From Eledone cirrhosa (taxonomy: Eukaryota), in the NCBI GenBank assembly GCA_964016885.1, contig OZ024746.1, forward strand, positions 57,846,001-57,910,000: a stretch of DNA of 64,000 bases, given 5' to 3'. The notes beneath the pieces are model-generated. The model was not told the origin of the DNA. It saw nothing but the letters and a program-made list of their open reading frames with translations, and did no database searches. Positions 57,459-64,000 of this stretch are shown here, in pieces; position 1 is the first letter of the stretch, and every line of letters begins with the position of its first letter. A program made the position numbers and the translations under genes.

Positions 57459-57781
57459 ATCAAAAGATGGTTAAAGGAGTTCCATATATTTTATTATGCG
57501 CATTTCAAAAACAAACATCATCATGCAATAATATTTGTGTTTTCATCAGATAAAACAGGAGAACATGATATGAAGGCTAAAAAACACTTGTGGATAGTGC
57601 AGTTTTAAATCAACATATGTTGATTTAAAACTGCACTATCCACAAGTGTTTTTTAGCCTTCATATCATGTTCTCCTGTTTTATCTGATGAAAACACAAAT
57701 ATTATTGCATGATGATGTTTGTTTTTGAAATGCGCATAATAAAATATATGGAACTCCTTTAACCATCTTTTGATCTTATAT
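57452..57781. repeat. 330-bp spacerless palindrome centred on CATATG, abutting (TA)n
   Basis: Centre 57616/57617; no mismatch seen. Confidence 0.95.
57676..57746 (+). ncRNA. Hammerhead ribozyme; mirror on - at 57487-57557
   Basis: UGUUUUAU-CUGAUGA-16-position stem II (G.U-rich, one mismatch, GCAU loop)-GAAA-UGCGCA-UA^AUAAAAUA. Confidence 0.85.
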
Positions 57782-57870
57782 TATGCATACTCCAGTCCTA
57801 CAAACTGTAGAGTGCTTCTTATCCGATATCTGCATTGCTTTATTGTACTACAATAAAACTCACCTCCTAC

Positions 57871-57962
<92 letters not shown>

Positions 57963-58192
57963 ATACTGTTATAACTGTTATATATTGTTATAACTGCTGA
58001 ATAACAGAATTGAACGAACATTATTCTGCCGTCACAGAACTAAAACCCTTTTTTCCCACTACAAGCCGAATATTACATAAAAGAGGGACATCCCCCAACT
58101 ATATAAACCTTAATCTAGTTAGAAAAATATAAAAACAATCTCTTCTCAACATATATTAATAACCTTAAATTACCATACTAATAATAAAAAGA

Positions 58193-58250
58193 TATGCTGA
58201 TGAGAATAGGTACAAATATGCGATAATGAATGTGTCTAAAAACGTCCATA
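58193..58250 (+). ncRNA. Decayed hammerhead ribozyme
   Basis: UAUG-CUGAUGA..UAGGUACA/UGUGUCUA..(A)AAACGUC^CAUA; G12 missing. Confidence 0.5.
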
Positions 58251-58401
58251 AGTATGTATATATATGTGAAAATGTATATAAATAAGTGAATATATATATA
58301 TGTTTGATGTGTATAGTTAGATGTAAGTGTATTCATGTATTAAAGTGCTTATATATATATATGTATGTATATATGTGTATATGTATGTGTATGTATATAT
58401 G

Positions 58402-58450
<49 letters not shown>

Positions 58451-59187
58451 GTATATATATATATATGTATATGTATGTATATATGTGTATATGGATGTGT
58501 AAGTATGTGTATGTGTGTACACATGGACTAGAGTATGTATGTATATATGAGTGTGTCTATACGTGTGTATATAAAGATAAGTTGAGTATGAAAATGTATA
58601 CACATGAGCGCGTATGTATGTATATGAATACAAGTGTGTATATATATGTGTATGCATGTGTATATATATGTAAGTATGAATATGTGAATTGTGAGTATAT
58701 GTATTTTGTAGAGGTGTGCAAATATATTTGTGTGTGAATGCGTGGGTGAAAGGATACGTACACTTGAAAGAAAAATTTATGTCTGAATGTTAATTAAGTG
58801 CAAACACAAAACCAACCACGCATATCTTTACTATCTCTAATCCTTCTATAGATTTAGAAAAATAACCAATAATATATTCTATAAAAAATGTCAAAACAAC
58901 AGATGGGAATCTAATTACTCACTGCCACCAAGAATTCTCACTGCTATCGAAAAACCACTCCTTCAACTATTCTTCTAACAACTTCACCCCTCCCTCCTAA
59001 TATTCTCTATAAAAACTAAATAGGTCCTCAGTAATATTATTCTGATGAAATGACAGTAAATAATAACATTGAAATATTGAATGTCTGCATAACTAAAAGT
59101 TTGTAGATAGCTGTTTTAGGTTATGTAACTGTTATAGAAACACGTGTCAATAAATTCCTTTCAACTAAACTGTATCCATTCAAATCT

Positions 59188-59232
<45 letters not shown>

Positions 59233-59266
59233 ATATTATATATATATATATATATATATAATTTGT

Positions 59267-59436
59267 ACCCACGACATTATGATCGTAAGTCCAACACCCT
59301 TACCACTAGGCTACCTGCCTCCACTATATATATATATATATATACATTGGAGGCAGGTAGCCTAGTGGTAAGGGTGTTGGACTTACAATCATAATGTCGT
59401 GGGTTCGATTCCTGGGTTGCGTGTTGTGTTGTTGAC
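59267..59436. repeat. SINE head duplicated in inverted orientation across a short (TA)n
   Basis: 59267-59323 / 59348-59404 with 1 mismatch; the + arm is the 5' end of the 56673-56924 SINE family. Confidence 0.9.
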
Positions 59437-62412
59437 CAATATATAGTGAAAGGGAGATGGGAGGAAGAGAGTAAAAAGAGGTACAGACAGAGAGAGATTA
59501 TCTGCTTCTATCCACTCATATTTATTTTTTTCTATTCGATAATATAGCGCTACTTATTTACATATATAAGAATAGAGAGGATACAGTCGTTTTCATTAAT
59601 CCAATTACCATAGTGCCATATGTATTTCCTTAGCTGCTTCGTTTTGCCATTTGTATTACCTGGAAGTGGGATGTGAGATTGGAACCCAGAATTCATACAA
59701 CCAGATAATATATCATACTTTAACACCTCTGGACGATATCTTTATTTATCGAGCCCTACTAGACGAACAGAAAATTTGAGCTTGATGAACTCAAAGCGCA
59801 GAGAATCAGAACGAACATAGGGTATTTATTCCGACATTAACGCCTGCCAATTCACCAATAAATGTATATAAAATTAACATTTGAACATGAACATTAAATT
59901 ACACAGAGGACAATTTATTCATATGCTCATCTAAATAGACTCTATGACCAATAGTAGATATCAACTTGATAATAGTTCAGCTCGATCAGCTTTGACTTGG
60001 ACAACTTATATAACACATTGTATATATTAGGCATTCAGACCCTAACATGGCGGATATTCATTAGTGCATAATCAGAGATGTCCTGGTTATTTTATATAAC
60101 AATATAACATATATAACGTAGTTCTGCGTACCATGAAAAGACGGGATGCTTATGCTTGATATACCATGTGATCGGTTCTGACCCGGGGCTCAGCCACTCT
60201 ATCAAAAATTCTATAAATTCATCAGACTGGTAAATGTAAAAAAAAAAATCTTCATAAATGTAAACGGAACTCAACTTCCAATTTCTATCTAAATATAGGC
60301 CTTTTGTATTTTATTCCTGGTCAAAAAGAAATCAATATATATTCCTGTAATATTCTGCCAGTATTTACTGAATAACATTTTCATCAGATAATTATTTTTG
60401 AAAAATAACTGTCAAATTTACTTAATTACGTATAGAAGCTTTCACACGTGTTCATACACTTAGATGTATGTTAACCGATGCGATATTTGTTTTTTCTCAC
60501 TTTTTCTTTAAAAAACAAATCAGTTTCGGCAGGACATTTTGGCGCTCCATCTTTGGAATTTGGAGAAAGTTGAAATGTTATGAGTTGAAATTGTGAAATG
60601 TCTTGCATATGTTATTGTCCTATTGTACTCTTGTTGTCATCTAAATGTAATACATTTACAAAAATAAATAGGATGCGGCCACCTGCAACATAACATTTTT
60701 GGCATTTGTCGCGATAACCAAACATTTTAAAATACAAATGCTTCATCATGAATAGGAAATAAAGAGCTGGAACGAGTAAAGCAGGAATGCGTTACAATTA
60801 TTTTCCCTTGTCGTTGTATTTTAGCTGTATTACACAGTTGATACCAAACGGCTGATGCAGCGCCAACTGATATTTTGGTACGATAGTTATAAAGTGTTAC
60901 ATACTTATCTGAATAACTATCGTAATTCCAGTCAAAAAATTTTATAAATGTAATTTCCAAGCACCAAATTAATAAGGAAAACGGTAGTTATTTTATTACT
61001 TTATTATATACTGGTGCTGAGACAGAACTCCGTATCCTGGATATGGAATTTCCGGCAAATAAATGAATATGTGTCGATTAAAAATAAGGTTGTGTGGCTT
61101 CTGGGAAATCTTATTTAAAAAATATGTAGGAGTAAAACGAACAAAAAACACGGAAGACTCAAACACAGGAACAATTCCTGCTCATTAGCTATTTACAGCT
61201 CTTTATACAAATAAGGATAATCAGATAATCAGCCTATGTACTTACATATCAAAATTATATGTGTTCGCCTATATTGAGTTCCAGCAGACAGCAGGTTAAA
61301 GGAGCATTTGCCTGATAACGACCAGTGTCAGAAATGATACCAGCCTTGCTTCTGGTGGAATGCGCTAGATGGTGCTATGTCTAGAGTTTCCAAATTCATA
61401 GCTGATGGCTTTAAAAATGTTTATTCATAAACATACCGTATATCGCTAGATACATTATAGATCGAACAACTTTATTCTATTTTCCGGTGAAGCCAGTGGA
61501 ACTGGAGATTATTCCTTGGCAGGTGTTATTTCATTAGTATCCGACGTAGTTTTGTGGCGATTAAACATGGAAGTAGTAGTATATTCTCCTCTGAGAAGAC
61601 ATGAAATCGCTTAAAAGATGAAGGTCATTTAACTAAACGTTTGGCGAATGAATTGTAGGTGTGAAAAAGGAGATGTTCACAGTCTAAAAATTACGCATAA
61701 ATATATATATAATAAAAGAGTCGGGCCAGATGGATACAGATCGAAATTTGACCTGATCAATACTGAAACGCACGTATCCAATCAGTAAACGTAATGAAGT
61801 CTTAATAAATCGTCCTTGTATTATTCTATTACACTCTGTCTACCTGTATACCTCGCCACTGACGTGAACCTAAACATCGAGTGCCCACCTGGGTGAACTA
61901 CAGTAATATTCTGGAGGAGTTAAGGTAAATTAAGTCTACACAAAAGGTCTGTGTAAATGAATAAATGTATTCAGGCATGCGCGTATTTTCGTGAGCGTAA
62001 ATTATTGCTGCTTTCGAAAATAACCAAGTGTATTTTTATCATTATTGTTTTGAAATTACTTTCATCTTATCATCTTCCTTTGACAAGGCACCGCTTTTAA
62101 ATTGTACATTATAATATAGTTTTCCTGCACTCATTTCTATTTAAAATTATATGCCCAAATGATATATATATATATTTCGTTTACTTAGAAAATTTAAGCA
62201 TGTGCGATAAGAAGTTAATGACAAAAATATTATATATACAGAAATATTGAATAGTGCAAACAATTTGATGGGTTTATACTTTAGAATAGAATGCCGCTCA
62301 TAAAAGTATGATGGAAGGTATTAATTTAAATATAGGCACTTGACATTTTTTTAACCAAAGAATCAGGTGCAGTTTGATGTTAAAAGGATTATTAGAATAG
62401 CCACGTCAAGAA

Positions 62413-62522
62413 CAGTGGGTTGGCAGTATCGGTAGAGAGGCGGACACCATTCTTTACAGCATAGAGTTATGGCGCTTTACGGTCTGAGTTCAAATCCCGC
62501 CGAGGTTAACTTTGCCTTTCAT
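62413..62522 (+). mobile_element. 3'-truncated main-family SINE
   Basis: TGGCAGTATCGG, GAGTTCAAATCC; cut off after GCCTTTCAT. Confidence 0.8.
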
Positions 62523-62960
62523 TATGGGGTTTGAGGGCGAGGTAAGTCCTACGCAATCTGTGTTTACATGCTGTAACCAGGTCATCTTTCTTGTTTAGGA
62601 GTTGGTCCGTCGAAAACCGCATTTGTAAAGTTTCCTCCGAGCATAAATTGCACGGACGGCGTCCTCCCGTCTAAGAGTTGGCTCTGGACAGTAAGCTCCA
62701 AGTGAGATCATAGGTAATGTTGTTATCCTTGAGGTCCCATATGTGGCCCGAAAGTGTAGTGGCGTGACGCCGGGCCGGGTTTCGGAAGGTATGTCTGTGT
62801 TAGTATAGCCGGGTCTTGAAGTCACAGGCGGTCAATCCTATATAAGCTTTGTTGGAGGTGTCCGTCCTCACGTTGCACTGGTATATCACATCACGATCTC
62901 TGCATCTGTTGTCGAGGGGGAAATGGATCCATCAGGACAGTTGCACCTCCTGGTCGGCTC
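62523..62960 (-). pseudogene. GIY-YIG domain of a second Hydra-like PLE (not in the ORF track)
   Basis: Manual translation: RCNC..LDNRCRDRDVIYQCNV..KAYIGLTACDFKTRLY*HRHTFR..TTLSGHIWDLK..W..CNLCSEE..LLNKKDDLVTACKH; 2 stops, 1 frameshift. Confidence 0.85.
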
Positions 62961-63615
62961 TCCACTGCTTATAATTCCGTCCCACCTAGTAAACCTTTCT
63001 TTAGCCTAGCAGTACCAGTGAGAGACTTAGGTCGTAGTAACCAGAAATTGTTTTTTTTTTTTACATTTAATTACTTTTTAACACTCTCGGTATTTTTCTA
63101 TATTTTACGCCATATTGTTTTACTTATTGTTTCGACTTCCTCCCCCTCCCCCTCCATTGTATCTTCTTTGACCTCATGCCCAGCTGTAGTCGGCACTATT
63201 AACGCATGACTGGGTCTCCTCCACCCCTCTCCCTCTTTCTCCTACTGGCAGGTTCAGCTACCTCTTCCCTCCACAAATTGCCATCATAGAATTATTATGT
63301 CTCAACAACAAACTTTTGACCAATCCTTGTGACAATCACTTTTACCATATATGGAATTACCCCTTGAGAAGCTCGGCTATTCAAATACCAGGATAAAAAT
63401 GTTCATTTACTCCAGAATTAGCCGTCGAAACGGCTTGAGCTCAGCCGTCGGGGTCATACTCGTTTCTCTCTCTCTATATATATAGGAACCGTAACTATTT
63501 CATCACCACCGGAAGGTTAAAATACAGCGTAAATCATATGCAACCTAGTTTTAAAAATGAGTAGTTCGCTATGAGGCTGCTTAATCTTTTAGGGTTATAT
63601 ATATATATATATATG

Positions 63616-63714
<99 letters not shown>

Positions 63715-63780
63715 ATAGAGATATGTATATGTACATCTCTCTCTCTCTCTCTCTCTGTATATATATATATATATATATAT

Positions 63781-63972
63781 AGGAACAAGTAGGACCACGA
63801 CGGCTGAGCTCAAGCCGTTTCGACCGCTAATTCTGGACTGAATTAGCCGTCGAAACGGCTTGAGCTCAGACGTCGGGGTCCTACTTGTTCCTATTACGCA
63901 CTCTACTACCATAAGTATTGAGTACTTTGGTGCGTTATGGTCCATCTGGTTCCTTACCACATTTCCTTCGTT
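63781..63972 (+). mobile_element. Hairpin-plus-tail element copy (half copies at 53760-53817 and 63411-63465)
   Basis: Homolog of 24177-24369; flanked by TA. Confidence 0.9.
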
Positions 63973-64000
63973 ATATATATATATATATATATATATATAT

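Noticed and set aside
59037-59083. CTGATGA-AATG..CATT-GAAA hammerhead-like motif
   Set aside because: Stem II pairs, but a paired stem I requires G at the cleavage position; kept only as a doubtful remnant.
60340-60395. CTGATGA on the minus strand near 60385
   Set aside because: No properly placed GAAA or helices.
60640-61700. Possible piggyBac-like transposase relic on the minus strand
   Set aside because: Only vague motif echoes; no DDD motifs or TTAA/TIR ends could be identified.

Overview
AT-rich, gene-poor eukaryotic (metazoan) DNA. The (TA)n/(CA)n/(GA)n density and the SINE families suggest an octopus-like cephalopod, which is an inference. I can support no intact host gene; most listed ORFs are microsatellite translations ([12 protein letters not shown]). 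The window is a mosaic of mobile elements: five decayed Penelope-like retroelements (PLEs, RT and/or GIY-YIG), one of them near full length with direct and inverted pseudo-LTRs at 46.65-49.6 kb; an internally deleted L1/Tx1 LINE; CRE-like and RTE-like fragments; a non-autonomous Helitron; an LTR-like segment; and more than 10 tRNA-derived SINEs. The main signal is absent from the ORF track. More than 20 minimal type-I hammerhead ribozyme (HHR) motifs, intact or decayed, occur in many unrelated repeat families. They have the core CUGANGA-stem II-GAAA and a stem III that varies in sequence but is usually palindromic (AUAUAUAU, AUACGUAU, AUGCGCAU, ACAAUUGU, ACUAGU, AGUACU). They sit in three contexts: (i) a non-coding ~422-nt tandem unit with one HHR per unit, resembling a retrozyme and a possible circular RNA, with one insertion bounded by a 13-bp target-site duplication (TSD); (ii) near-perfect 330-440-bp palindromes carrying a ribozyme on both strands, next to (TA)n tracts; (iii) PLE pLTRs. 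All folds were made by eye and none is tested.
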